Origin: Candidatus Latescibacterota bacterium
GTDB taxonomy: Bacteria; Latescibacterota; UBA2968; UBA8231
Assembly: GCA_965221775.1 (NCBI GenBank)
Contig: CBDCSU010000006.1
Span: forward strand, 32,001-96,000
Direction of reading: 5' to 3'
Length of the DNA stretch: 64,000 bases
Translations under genes and position numbers: made by a program
Part shown: positions 24,741 through 34,476 of the stretch, piece after piece
Layout: every line of letters begins with the position of its first letter
How positions within the stretch are numbered: position 1 is the first letter of the stretch
The notes under the pieces: model-generated
The model's input: the letters and a program-made list of their open reading frames with translations, nothing else
Told to the model about the DNA's origin: nothing
Database searches by the model: none

Positions 24741-25903
24741 AGGTCCTGGTCACCTCCCGTCTCTATCCGAGCTCCCCCCTTCCCACCCGGGGGACCTTCG
24801 TTCACGAGCAGGCGCGCTTCCTCAACACCCACTGCCGGGTCGAGGTCGTCTCTCCCACGCCGTTCTCCCTGCCCCTTCGGGGCCTCGGGCGCCGGGCCGT
24901 CTACGCAAGGATCCCGGGTTCCGAACTTCTTGACGGGCTCGAGATCCGCTATCCCCGCTACCTCTCGCTGCCCCGCCGGCTGCTGTTCTCCCAGGCATGG
25001 CGCTTCTACCTGGCGGCGCTGAAGGGGGCCGTCCGGACTCGGCCCGACCTGATCCACGCGCACCTCGCCTATCCCGACGGTCTGGCCGCCGTGGAGTACG
25101 CCCGCCAACTCGGCTGTCCCGTGGTCATCTCCGTACACGGCCACGACGTGCGGGAGATCCCCGAAGCAAGGGCGAGCTGGCGCGCCCTGGTCGCAAGGGC
25201 CCTCGGTCAGGCGGCAGCGGTGATCGCCAGCAGCGGGGACATTCGGGAACGGGTCCGTGCACTCGGCGTGGAAGACGGACGCATTCGCGCCATCCCCCAG
25301 GGAGTCGATTGCAGGCTCTTCCGGATCGGCAAGCGCGTCGGAGGGGAGGGTGGCTGGCGGGTCCTCTACGTGGGGCGTTACGATCCGCGCAAAGGACTGG
25401 ATGTGCTGCTCGAGGCCATGCACCGGGTCCGGCAGCACCGCGGCGACGTGCGGCTGCAGCTCGTTGGCGCGAGCTCCCTGGGTGGAACCGCTGCCGCCTA
25501 CGGCCGAACCATCGACGACCTGGGCCTGGGCGATTGCGTCGAGTTGGTGGATGAGCAGCCCCACGAGGAGATCCCGCGTTTCATGGCCGAGGCCGATCTC
25601 TTCGCCCTGCCCAGCTACTACGACAGCTTCGGTGTGGTGGTGGCAGAGGCGATGGCCTGCGGCCTTCCGGTGGTGGCCACTCGGTGCGGCGGGCCCGAGG
25701 AACTGGTGGAGGAGGGATCGGGGAGACTTGTGGCCGTAGGCGACGCCGAGGATCTCGCCGCCGGCATCCTTGCGGTCATCGAGGGCTACGGCCGCTATGA
25801 CCGACCGGCCATTCGCCGGCGTGCCGAAGGGCTCTGGGACTACCGCGGGATAGCAGCCCGCATCCACGCGCTCTACGAGGAGATCCTCGAGAGCAACGCC
25901 TAG
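24737..25903 (+). CDS. glycosyltransferase family 4
   Basis: GTG start overlapping the upstream TGA (GTGA); MKVLVTSRLYP...RGTFV, LIHAH, VGRYDPRKGLD, FGVVVAEAMACGLPVVAT. Confidence 0.9.
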   Translation: MKVLVTSRLYPSSPLPTRGTFVHEQARFLNTHCRVEVVSPTPFSLPLRGLGRRAVYARIPGSELLDGLEIRYPRYLSLPRRLLFSQAWRFYLAALKGAVRTRPDLIHAHLAYPDGLAAVEYARQLGCPVVISVHGHDVREIPEARASWRALVARALGQAAAVIASSGDIRERVRALGVEDGRIRAIPQGVDCRLFRIGKRVGGEGGWRVLYVGRYDPRKGLDVLLEAMHRVRQHRGDVRLQLVGASSLGGTAAAYGRTIDDLGLGDCVELVDEQPHEEIPRFMAEADLFALPSYYDSFGVVVAEAMACGLPVVATRCGGPEELVEEGSGRLVAVGDAEDLAAGILAVIEGYGRYDRPAIRRRAEGLWDYRGIAARIHALYEEILESNA

Positions 25904-25910
25904 GGGCCCC

Positions 25911-27026
25911 TCAGGAGTTGCCGGCCTTCAGGATGGTCTCGTAGAGGCGCACCAGCTTCTCCGCCTGCGAATCCCAGTTGTAGGTGGTTCGCGCCGCCTC
26001 CCGCCCCTTTTGCCCCATGCGCCGCGCCACCTCCGGATTCTCCCACAGGTAGCGCACCGCGGCCGCCGCCTCTTCGGCGTTCTGCGGATCGACGCAGATC
26101 CCGCATTCCGTCTCTTCGACGATCCTGCGCAGGTTGGGGAAGTCCGCGCACAGCACGGGAATACCGAAGGCCATGTACTCGAAGATCTTGGTCAGCTCCT
26201 TGCGCCGGGTGTGCGGGCCGGGGGGGAAGAGAGCCAGACCGGCGGTCCAACTCTCCCGGAGATAGTACGAGACGATGCGCTCGTGGGGCACGTAGCCGCC
26301 CACGCCGTCGAGGTGGAGGCGGCTCCCATCGCCGTGAGCCTGCACTTCGGAGGCCATCTCCGGATCGCAGCGGCCCACGAGGAAGAGCTCGGCATCGGGC
26401 AGGTGCTGCAGGAGCCGCCCGTGGAGGTGCGCCCCTCGGTAGGACTTGACGTTGCCGGTGTAGATGAGGCGCGGGACGTGCCCGCGGGGCCGGGCCGCCA
26501 GCCGGTCCTCGTCGAGACGGGGGAAGCGGACGTAGTTCAGGACCGCCTCACCCCGGGGGAAGCGCTCGGCGTAGTAGCGCTCGGCCAGGACGAGGTGGAA
26601 GTGCCGGCTCGCACCTTCTTCGATCCACCCGAGAGGCCCGGCGAAAGCGGCGCGGAGCCACGGGGGCAGGTACTCCCGTTCCTGGAGCGCGGTGCGGTTG
26701 TCCTCGTGGATGTCGTAGACCACCCGCCTGCCCAGCAGCCGCAGCAGCAGACCGGCGGGAATGAGCTCCGGGTCGTGGAAGTGGTAGAGCTCGGCCGGCG
26801 TCGCCAGGGCCTTGAGGAATGTGCGCGCCACCCCCAGGCTCATGCGGACGAACCGGTTGCCATGGCGCGGCAGGCCGCCGACACGGATGCCCTCCGTCAC
26901 CGTGCCCTCCCCCGGGGCCAGGAGCACCACCTCGTAGCCGGCGTCGGCCAGGCTCCTGCATTCGCGGTGGAAGACGCGGTTGTCGAAACGGTCGTGGACG
27001 GTGGTCAGGTGGACGACTCTGGGCAC
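25911..27026 (-). CDS. glycosyltransferase family 4
   Basis: GTG 27026 after GGAGG; VVHLTTVHDRFDNRVFHREC, YHFHDPEL, VYDIHED, KIFEYMAFGIPV. Confidence 0.9.
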   Translation of the reverse strand: MPRVVHLTTVHDRFDNRVFHRECRSLADAGYEVVLLAPGEGTVTEGIRVGGLPRHGNRFVRMSLGVARTFLKALATPAELYHFHDPELIPAGLLLRLLGRRVVYDIHEDNRTALQEREYLPPWLRAAFAGPLGWIEEGASRHFHLVLAERYYAERFPRGEAVLNYVRFPRLDEDRLAARPRGHVPRLIYTGNVKSYRGAHLHGRLLQHLPDAELFLVGRCDPEMASEVQAHGDGSRLHLDGVGGYVPHERIVSYYLRESWTAGLALFPPGPHTRRKELTKIFEYMAFGIPVLCADFPNLRRIVEETECGICVDPQNAEEAAAAVRYLWENPEVARRMGQKGREAARTTYNWDSQAEKLVRLYETILKAGNS

Positions 27027-27145
27027 ACTGCCTCCCGGACCGGGACAGGCCGCAGGCGACGAGCGGAACCGGACCCTCACGACGGCTGACGAGCCGCCGG
27101 CTCTCCTGCCCGGCAGGCAGGGCCCCGTCCCGGGGCCGTGCCCCT

Positions 27146-28342
27146 CTACGGGCCCGCCGCCGGCCGCTCCTGCCAGTGCTGCCCGACGGCCCGCACGTAC
27201 CCCGCCCCCAGGGTGTAGCAGATGGTGGCGAAGAGGCTGAGAACGCCGGTGATGAGGACGATGAGCAGCCGCTGAGGACGGGCCTTGATCTCGGGCGGCA
27301 CGGGTGGATCGAGGACCTGAACGGTGGACGTCGTGTTGTTGGCCTCGATGAGCGCCTCGGCCTCCTGCTGCAGCAGGAGCTGCAGCAGGGCCTTCTGGAC
27401 CAGCACGTCCTTTTCCAGGGTGGCGAACTCCTGGGCCACGCCCGGGATCTTCCTGAGCGGGAGGAAGAGGTTCTCGTCCAGCTCGAACTGCAGCGTCTTG
27501 TCGCGGAGCAGGTCGTCGGAAGCGCCTTCGAGGCCCTCGCGCAGCACCACCATCCACATCTCCCGCAGCCTGATCTCCTGCTGAAGCTTCTTGACCCTGT
27601 CGTGGTCGGGGTCCAGCCCCGAGAGGATCAGGCCCAGCCGGGCGACCTCCAGCTCCATGGCCTCGGTCTGCATGCCGGCGGCGGCCCCGATCACCGCCCT
27701 GGCCTGGTCCTCGATGGAGATGGCGTTGTACTCCGACTGGAACTCCTCCAGCTTCTTCATCTTCGCCTCGAGCTTGTCGTCCTCCTGCTGGAGGAGGGTC
27801 CCGATGAAGTCGAGACGCTCGGAGGCGGTCTTCTGTGAGATCTGCTTGTTGGTGAGGTCGAGGAGCTCGATGTAGTGAGTGGCCATCTCGGCAGCCCTCT
27901 GTGGATCCTGGTCGAGGACCGCGATTTCGATCGTTCCCTCCTCCGTCTTGTCCACGGTCGTCTTGCTGCCCAGGATCTCGATGGCATCGGTCATGGTCTC
28001 GACTTCGTAGCGATGCAGCAGCCCGAACTTGTCGACCATCTGGCGCCGGATCCTCTGGCTCTTCAGCGTGGCGATGAAGATGTCGGCGGGGGTGCCCTTG
28101 TCGCCCAGACGCAGGGTCGGGATGGGCAGGGCCGAGAGCAGGTCGGAAAAGCCGAATCCCTGCTTCTGCTCCTTGGGGGGAAGGATCTGGGCCCTGGCCT
28201 CGTACTCCACCGGTATCAGGAAGCTGACCGCCCCGGCCAGGATGCAGAGCATCAAGGTTCCACCCAGGATGAGGCGCCTGCCGGCGTAAAGGGCGGCGAG
28301 GAGGTCGAGGAAATCGGCTTCCTTCTGTCTTTCCGTCTCCAT
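27146..28342 (-). CDS. Wzz/GumC-like polysaccharide co-polymerase (no kinase domain)
   Basis: N-terminal TM followed by YEARAQILPP, a long coiled coil, and VLDPPVPPEIKARPQR before the C-terminal TM. Confidence 0.85.
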   Translation of the reverse strand: METERQKEADFLDLLAALYAGRRLILGGTLMLCILAGAVSFLIPVEYEARAQILPPKEQKQGFGFSDLLSALPIPTLRLGDKGTPADIFIATLKSQRIRRQMVDKFGLLHRYEVETMTDAIEILGSKTTVDKTEEGTIEIAVLDQDPQRAAEMATHYIELLDLTNKQISQKTASERLDFIGTLLQQEDDKLEAKMKKLEEFQSEYNAISIEDQARAVIGAAAGMQTEAMELEVARLGLILSGLDPDHDRVKKLQQEIRLREMWMVVLREGLEGASDDLLRDKTLQFELDENLFLPLRKIPGVAQEFATLEKDVLVQKALLQLLLQQEAEALIEANNTTSTVQVLDPPVPPEIKARPQRLLIVLITGVLSLFATICYTLGAGYVRAVGQHWQERPAAGP

Positions 28343-28368
28343 TTGAGCTGGGCTCCTTGGTTTACCGG

Positions 28369-28438
28369 AGGGACTGCACCAGGACCACCAGGGTCAGGGT
28401 CTCAGGGACTGCACCAGGACCACCAGGGTCAGGGTCTC
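28369..28438. repeat. perfect 35-bp tandem duplication
   Basis: AGGGACTGCACCAGGACCACCAGGGTCAGGGTCTC at 28369-28403 and again at 28404-28438. Confidence 0.95.
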
Positions 28439-30169
28439 GGCGATGGTGCGCATCGTCGACTGGGTCGCTTCCCAGAAGTCGACTCGCTCCTTCTGCGGCA
28501 CCCAGATCTCGTCTCCGGGCTCGGCTTCGAGATCGAAGTCCAGCCTCTCCCGGATCCCGGTGCGCGCCCGGATGAGCCGGGCTCCTCCCTTGTCGGCGTC
28601 ATACGAGTAACCGCCGGCCTTCTCCATGTAGTAGCCGACATCGCTCCCGGGCACGAAGTCGATGAGACCGGGCTTCTGCACTTCGCCGCTGACGCTGACC
28701 GTGCGCCGCTGCGGAGGGATGTAGATCACGTCGCCGCTCTCGAGGAAGATGTTCTGCTCCTCGTCATCCTCTCTGAAGAGCCGCTCGAAGTCGACCGAGG
28801 CCCGCCCCTTCTCCTCGCGGCCCTTGGTGCGGAGATAGGCGCGGTCCTCCTTGCTCATGTCGGCCATTCCCGTCACCCTGGCCAGGGTCTGCAGGCGATC
28901 GAGCTCCGGATCGATCTGGGTCCGCATCTTGGTGCGGATCACCTTGGACCCCACGAGGGAAGCCTGGTCCGTCAGGCCCCCGGCCATGGCCACCGCGTCC
29001 TTGATGCGCGAGACCCCGGGCACGACCCGGTAGCGGCCCCGGTAGCGGACCTCGCCCAGGACCATGACCGTGGGCATCAGCTGCCACTGGGCGCGGGCGC
29101 GGATGAAGACCATGTCGTTGGCTTGCAGCTCGACGCCGCGTATGTCGTCGTAGCCGAACCCCGCCTCCCCGGGCTCGTTGCTGCCCAGCAGGATGACCTC
29201 GTCTTCCTCGGTCCCCTCCTTGAAGCGCCACAGCTCGGCCCGGATCAGGGGCGCGTCCAGGCGAATCCCCTTGGCCAGGTTCACCAGGTCCTCCACCGTG
29301 TCCCCCGGCCGGTACTCCTGCTCGCCTTCCTGGTTGACCGCGCCGAAGATGTAGACGGCGGTGTCGCGGTATCTCACGTGGATCACGTCGCCCATGCGCA
29401 CGTAGGGGTTGTGGGCGACGTCGCCGGTGGAGAGGAACATGTCGAGATCGACCGTCTCGGTGGTGCCGTCGCGGTGATGCAGCCGGATCGAGCGCCGGGC
29501 GGTGGACTGCTCGATGATCTGGCGCACGCGGGTGACCTTCTTGCCCCCCACCTCGTCCTGGAAGGTCGTGCCCCGCAGCTCGTCGGTGAACCCTCCCGCC
29601 AGCTCGATCAGGTCCGAGACCCGCGTGGTCGGGTGGATGATGTAGCCGCCCTCGTTGAGCACGGCGCCGGTCACGTAGGCTGTGAAGAACCGCATGCTCG
29701 CCAGGGTCAGGGTGATCTCCACGGCCGGGTACTTGTCCTCCGCCGCCGCGAGGATGCGCCTCTTCGCCTCGGCCAGGGACAGGCCCGACACGTGGAAGGC
29801 GCCCACCGTGGGGACGAGGACGCTGCCCACCGGGTCGACCTGAACCATGTACGAGAGATCGAACTCCCCCCAGATATAGAGCTGCAGCGCGTCCCCGGGA
29901 CCGACGATGTAGGTATCGGGGTCGACCTCCCGGTCCTGGCTGATGCGCAGCTTCTCCACCTCCTCGCCGGTGGGCAGGCGGAGCTTGCCGGAGACCAGGT
30001 CCTGGCCGAGCCCCTGCAGGTCGGCCCCGGGGATCTGCTGCAGTTCGGCCTCTTCCTGCTCCCCCTGGTCGACCATCCGCTGCAGCTCTTCCTCGTCCTG
30101 GGAATGGGCGGGACCCGCCATACCTTGCAGTGTCAGGGCGAGTGCGAGGCCGAGTAACCATGTCAGCAT
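28394..30169 (-). CDS. polysaccharide export protein with multiple SLBB domains (Wza/KpsD-like)
   Basis: ATG 30169 after AGGAGGA; signal peptide; YIVGPGDALQLYIWG poly_export motif; repeated V.GEV..PG/AGG SLBB motifs; C-terminal amphipathic helix. Confidence 0.9.
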   Translation of the reverse strand: MLTWLLGLALALTLQGMAGPAHSQDEEELQRMVDQGEQEEAELQQIPGADLQGLGQDLVSGKLRLPTGEEVEKLRISQDREVDPDTYIVGPGDALQLYIWGEFDLSYMVQVDPVGSVLVPTVGAFHVSGLSLAEAKRRILAAAEDKYPAVEITLTLASMRFFTAYVTGAVLNEGGYIIHPTTRVSDLIELAGGFTDELRGTTFQDEVGGKKVTRVRQIIEQSTARRSIRLHHRDGTTETVDLDMFLSTGDVAHNPYVRMGDVIHVRYRDTAVYIFGAVNQEGEQEYRPGDTVEDLVNLAKGIRLDAPLIRAELWRFKEGTEEDEVILLGSNEPGEAGFGYDDIRGVELQANDMVFIRARAQWQLMPTVMVLGEVRYRGRYRVVPGVSRIKDAVAMAGGLTDQASLVGSKVIRTKMRTQIDPELDRLQTLARVTGMADMSKEDRAYLRTKGREEKGRASVDFERLFREDDEEQNIFLESGDVIYIPPQRRTVSVSGEVQKPGLIDFVPGSDVGYYMEKAGGYSYDADKGGARLIRARTGIRERLDFDLEAEPGDEIWVPQKERVDFWEATQSTMRTIAETLTLVVLVQSLRP

Positions 30170-30225
30170 GATTCCTCCTGTCGCCGATTGGCGTAGTGGC
30201 ATTCGCGGGCAGGAACGGTTCCGGC

Positions 30226-31158
30226 TCAGGGCTCGTACGGCGCGCCCGTGCGCCGCAGGGACCTGGTCACCGCCAGCTGCACGGTGATGTAGCCGCCCGG
30301 ATGGGGACGGCCGCGGACGTTCAGATCCCCCGCCGAGTAGCCGGGGCGGGCGTCGGCGATGGTGCCGACGATCAGGTTGGCCTGCTCCACGGTGCAGTCG
30401 TAGCGGTCGGCGATGAGGGCCACCATGTCGATCCAGGCCGCCTTCACCGCCTCCTGCCAGTTGCCCCCCTGGCCGCTGGTGAGCCACTCGTCGCCGTCCT
30501 CGACGTGGCGGCTCTTCTCCACCACCGGGGCGTGGCAGGGAAATCCCGGGGACCGGTCGACCTTGAGGGTGACGGCCGAGTCGATCTCCACGCCCGTGGC
30601 GGTGAGCTCGCCGTCGCCCATGCGGGCGTGCACGTCGGTGAGCAGGAAGAGGCCGCCCTTCTTCTGGGCGCGGATGTGGACGGTGCTTCCGGGCTGGACG
30701 GAGTTGTAGTCCAGGTTGCCGCCGGTATCGATCTCGTACGGGGCCACCGACTCCAGGCGCACGTAGCCGATCATGGGACGGACGGGCACGACGAAGTCGG
30801 GCGGGAAGTGCACCAGCCCGTCGCGCACCGGGGCCACGCAGCGCATGCTGCCCCACAGGGGTCCGCCGTTGCGGTAGAACCCGTAGGGCCCGACCTCAAT
30901 GTCGATGATCTGGAGGGAAAGCCAGTCGCCGGCCTCGATCCCCTCCACGAAGAAGGGGCCGCCCTGGCGGGAGTCGCGTTTCTCGCGGACCTCGAAGACC
31001 GCCCCCGGCCGGAGACTGTCCTGGTTGGCGTAGTCCTGGTCGTGGCCGCCCACCGTCTCGATGACCACCGTCTCTCCGAGCTGAAGCCGGCCGCGTACCT
31101 GGCCGCGCTCCGGGTCGTCGGGACCGGTGTAACAGGGCGTGCGGGTGAATCGTCTCAA
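30226..31158 (-). CDS. acetamidase/formamidase family protein
   Basis: GPFFVEGIEAGDWL, PMIGY, GGNLDY, DVHARMGDGE motifs. Start uncertain (TTG 31158 or ATG 31239). Confidence 0.85.
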   Translation of the reverse strand: MRRFTRTPCYTGPDDPERGQVRGRLQLGETVVIETVGGHDQDYANQDSLRPGAVFEVREKRDSRQGGPFFVEGIEAGDWLSLQIIDIEVGPYGFYRNGGPLWGSMRCVAPVRDGLVHFPPDFVVPVRPMIGYVRLESVAPYEIDTGGNLDYNSVQPGSTVHIRAQKKGGLFLLTDVHARMGDGELTATGVEIDSAVTLKVDRSPGFPCHAPVVEKSRHVEDGDEWLTSGQGGNWQEAVKAAWIDMVALIADRYDCTVEQANLIVGTIADARPGYSAGDLNVRGRPHPGGYITVQLAVTRSLRRTGAPYEP

Positions 31159-31288
31159 GGGGTTCGTGTGGTGGTGGGCCCTCGGGCCTGGACGTGGCGG
31201 GAGGAGGACGGCGCAGGATCCTGCCGCCCCTCGGGCCATGCGAAACTCCGCAGAGACGGCCGTGAAGGCAAGGCGGCGCCCCCTGGCC

Positions 31289-32290
31289 TCACCACGGCAG
31301 GGGCACGTCGAGGTACTCGCTCAGATCCCTGGCCGCCCGCTGCTCGTGCTCTCCGAAGCGGATCCCCTCGCGGCGGTGCAGCTCCATGATCCGTTCCTCC
31401 ACGTGCCCGGGAAGGAGGACCTCGTCGTACCCGGGCAGGGGCGCGTAGTTGTCGCGGATGGCGCGCACGTAGCGGTCGACCTCGGCGTTGAAGGCATCCC
31501 CGGGCAACAGGCTGTCCACGTCGATGGCCAGGACCAGGCCGCCGAGATTGGCCCCCGGCCAGCGCTCGACGACCTCGTCCGCCTCGGGCAGGGTGACCCC
31601 CGCCAGGGCGCCGCCCAGAAGGGTGGCCGCCGCCACCAGACCCATGCTCTTGAAGAACGTGGCCGGCACCCGCTCCAGCAGGTCCTCCACCTTCTTCGGG
31701 CCCTCGCCCGAGACGGCGTGGGCCACCATGTCGAGGACGATGCCGGGCTCGCCGCCGGCGGGGATGGCGAAGGACATGGGGGGCGCCCCGGTCCATCCGG
31801 CGGAGGGCTTGGGGTCCTGGCCCGGCTGGCCGCCGGCGCCGCGGTACCCCTGCACCGAGAAGCCGACGCACCCGGCCTCCATGCACCGGCGCGTGTAGTG
31901 CCCCGCCGACCCGTAGTGGCCGATGCCGCGCACCAGCCCGATGCCGACGCCGGCGGACTTCGCTTTGTCGACGGCCTGGTCCGCGGCCAGCATGGAGGGG
32001 ACGTACCCGAGGCCCCCGTCGCCGTCGACGATCGCCGTGGTCGCCGTCTCGTGCACGACCCGGATGCGGGGATCGGGGTTGAGGCGGCCCTCCCGGAAGT
32101 GGCGGCAGTACCCGGGGACGAAGTTGATGCCGTGGCTGCGCACGCCGCGCAGTTCCGAGTTGGTCAGGAGCCGCGCCGTCCGCGCCGCGTGGTCCCGGCT
32201 CTTCATGCCGGACTTGACCAGGCACTCGGTGAGGAAGGCCAGCTCGCGCTCCTCGGCGACCCGGACGAACTCCTCCGGGGGGCGGTTCAC
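31289..32290 (-). CDS. Ldh_2 family (malate/L-lactate/ureidoglycolate-type) oxidoreductase
   Basis: LRGVRSHG, VDGDGGLG, GHYGSAGHY, LDM and LLPG motifs; GTG start overlapping the upstream TGA. Confidence 0.85.
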   Translation of the reverse strand: MNRPPEEFVRVAEERELAFLTECLVKSGMKSRDHAARTARLLTNSELRGVRSHGINFVPGYCRHFREGRLNPDPRIRVVHETATTAIVDGDGGLGYVPSMLAADQAVDKAKSAGVGIGLVRGIGHYGSAGHYTRRCMEAGCVGFSVQGYRGAGGQPGQDPKPSAGWTGAPPMSFAIPAGGEPGIVLDMVAHAVSGEGPKKVEDLLERVPATFFKSMGLVAAATLLGGALAGVTLPEADEVVERWPGANLGGLVLAIDVDSLLPGDAFNAEVDRYVRAIRDNYAPLPGYDEVLLPGHVEERIMELHRREGIRFGEHEQRAARDLSEYLDVPLPW

Positions 32291-33093
32291 GAACGCTCCC
32301 CCGCGAGCCGGCGCAACTGGGCGGCGGCCAGAGTCAGCACCTCGCGGTCGTCGCAGGCGTTGGCGTCCTTGCCCTCGAAGACGACCCCCAAGGTGCCGTT
32401 GAAACCGGCGCCGGCGAGGATGTCGACGATGCGGTCGTAGTCGAGCCACTCCTCGCGGCCGGAGTCGATCTTGTAGAACTTGGCGCGCACGTGGGCGGCG
32501 TGGTGCGCGGTCTGCTCCATGTACCGGTAGATGTCGTGGTCGGGGTCGGGCCGGCCCTGGGTGCGCGCCGGCGATCCCTCCCACTGCCCGGTGTCGAGGA
32601 TGAAGGTGAAGTTGTCGCGCCCCACCTCGTCGAAGAGCCGCAGGATCCCGTCTCCGGTGCACGGGTGGTTCTGCAGGCCCACGGCGATGCTGTGCGAGGC
32701 CGCGTAGTCGCAGCAGGCCTGGAAGCACTCCACCTCGCGGCGGCGGGCGCCGGCGTCCTCGGGGGTGGAGCCGCAGAACACGCGCACCATGGGCGCCCCC
32801 AGGGAGACGGCCACGTCCACGTCGGTGCGCACCCGCCGGACCTTCTCCTCCAGCTCGGACTCGGTGCCCACGAAGTGTCCGCCCGTGGCCAGGTAGCCGA
32901 TGCTCAGCCCCTTGCGCAGGCAGTCCATCTTGGTCCGCAGCAGGTAGCCGGACCCGTGCTCCTCGAAGCCGACGTCGCTGCGCAGGTCGATCACGTCGAG
33001 GCGCAGCTCGTAGGCGAGGTTGATGAAGCTCTCGATGTCGGGGAAGCTGTTGCGGTCCTTGCCGAACATCGATGCGTACAGTCCTACCTTCAT
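32287..33093 (-). CDS. sugar phosphate isomerase/epimerase (xylose isomerase-like TIM barrel)
   Basis: LGAPMVRVF, LQNH, LDTG, HVRAK, LDYDRIVDIL..GFNG..VFEG. Confidence 0.85.
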   Translation of the reverse strand: MKVGLYASMFGKDRNSFPDIESFINLAYELRLDVIDLRSDVGFEEHGSGYLLRTKMDCLRKGLSIGYLATGGHFVGTESELEEKVRRVRTDVDVAVSLGAPMVRVFCGSTPEDAGARRREVECFQACCDYAASHSIAVGLQNHPCTGDGILRLFDEVGRDNFTFILDTGQWEGSPARTQGRPDPDHDIYRYMEQTAHHAAHVRAKFYKIDSGREEWLDYDRIVDILAGAGFNGTLGVVFEGKDANACDDREVLTLAAAQLRRLAGERS

Positions 33094-33221
33094 TCCGAGA
33101 CTCCCATCATCAGGTGTGGTGTGGAAACAACGTCGCCGTCGGCGGGTAGACAAGAGGGCCCGGGCCGGACAGTTTTTCACCCCCCGCCGTCCATTGACCC
33201 GGCAACCGAAAGCGAGTTCCC

Positions 33222-34457
33222 ATGTCCTCCCACCGCATCACCTCCGTCGACGTCATCCCCATCTACCCGCGCCTGGCGCGCCGCTACGCCGGCCGCGTCG
33301 TCGACCTCTACGGCATCGACTGCCGCCTGCTGTTCCGCGTGGCCACCGACTCCGGCCTCGTGGGCTGGGGCGACCAGCGCGTCCGTCCCTGGTTCGAGCC
33401 GGCCGCCGACATGGGCCAGGAGCTGGTGGGGCGCGACCCCTTCGACTACCTCAACGGCAACCTCTCCGGCGGGCTGAACACGGCGGCCTACGACCTGATG
33501 GGCAAGTGCCTGGAGGTGCCGGCCTGGAAGCTCATGGGGCCGAAGCGGCGGGACTGGGTGCCCGTGGCGGCCTGGACCCGGCCCGCGTCGCCGGAACAGT
33601 TCGCCGCCGAGATCCAGCGCGCCGCCGCCCAGGGCTACCGCACCTTCAAGATCCACACCTGCACCTACCACGACGTCTTCGAGCAGACGAAGGCGGCCGA
33701 GGCGGTGGCCCCCGAGGGCTTCCGCATCCACTACGACTTCAACCACAACCGCTCTCTCGGGGCGGTGCTGCCGATCGTCGCCGAGCTGGAGCGCAACCAC
33801 CCCATCGTCGGCTACATCGAGGACCCCATCCTCAAGGGCGACGTCGAGGGCTGGGCGGCGATCCGCCGCAAGTCGCGCATCCCCATCATCATGCACGGCA
33901 CCCCCCAGGGCGGAATGCTGGAGTACCGGCAGGACCTGGCCGACATCTACATGATCGGCGGCACCATGTACGAGACGATGACCATCGGCTGGGCCCTGGG
34001 CCGGGCCAACATCCAGGTGATCCTGCAGCACGAGTCGGGGACTCTGGGCAAGGCGATGGCCATGCACATGGCCGCCGTCCTGCCGAGCCACTCGGCCCAC
34101 TCGATCAACCTCGACGACCAGTACGAGGAGGACGTGACCACCGCGACGATCCCCGTCGTCGAGGGATCCTCGCCCGTGCCTTCCGGGATCGGCCTGGGGT
34201 ACGAGGTGGACGAGACCGCCGTGGAGCGGCTGGCGGCGCAGGCGCCCGCCGAGCGGCCCCGCCACATCGGCATCCTGCACATGCCCGGGGGCGCCACCTG
34301 GTACGGCCGGGGCTACGTCTCCCCCACGAGCGTCACCGGCACCGAGGAGGCCGGCGTCCGCGGCTTCCGTTCCGAGCTGTGGGAGGACGACGGCACCCCG
34401 GGGTTCGAGGAGATGCACGCCCGCGTCGAGAAGGAGGGACGGGTCCTGGCCACCTGA
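33222..34457 (+). CDS. mandelate racemase/muconate lactonizing enzyme (enolase superfamily) protein
   Basis: TDSGLVGWGD, AAYDLMGK..VPAWKLMG, DFN, IEDP, VPSGIGLG. Confidence 0.9.
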   Translation: MSSHRITSVDVIPIYPRLARRYAGRVVDLYGIDCRLLFRVATDSGLVGWGDQRVRPWFEPAADMGQELVGRDPFDYLNGNLSGGLNTAAYDLMGKCLEVPAWKLMGPKRRDWVPVAAWTRPASPEQFAAEIQRAAAQGYRTFKIHTCTYHDVFEQTKAAEAVAPEGFRIHYDFNHNRSLGAVLPIVAELERNHPIVGYIEDPILKGDVEGWAAIRRKSRIPIIMHGTPQGGMLEYRQDLADIYMIGGTMYETMTIGWALGRANIQVILQHESGTLGKAMAMHMAAVLPSHSAHSINLDDQYEEDVTTATIPVVEGSSPVPSGIGLGYEVDETAVERLAAQAPAERPRHIGILHMPGGATWYGRGYVSPTSVTGTEEAGVRGFRSELWEDDGTPGFEEMHARVEKEGRVLAT

Positions 34458-34476
34458 GCCTGGGTCGGCCGACGGA

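Noticed and set aside
23297-25903. 868 aa O-antigen ligase-GT4 natural fusion
   Set aside because: The middle ~245 codons are out-of-frame R/P/H-rich sequence; the true ligase C-half is in another frame and the GT4 has its own GTGA-coupled start.
28369-28438. 35-bp direct repeat as a CRISPR array or att site
   Set aside because: Two abutting copies with no spacer, derived from coding sequence; no cas or integrase gene in the window.
28394-30856. 820 aa version of the SLBB protein, and other over-extended starts (1935, 5344, 12087, 12865, 37218, 44332, 47548, 51604, 55630, 60509, 62815)
   Set aside because: The extensions overlap neighbouring genes and are low-complexity; downstream starts with an RBS, signal peptide or stop-start coupling fit better.
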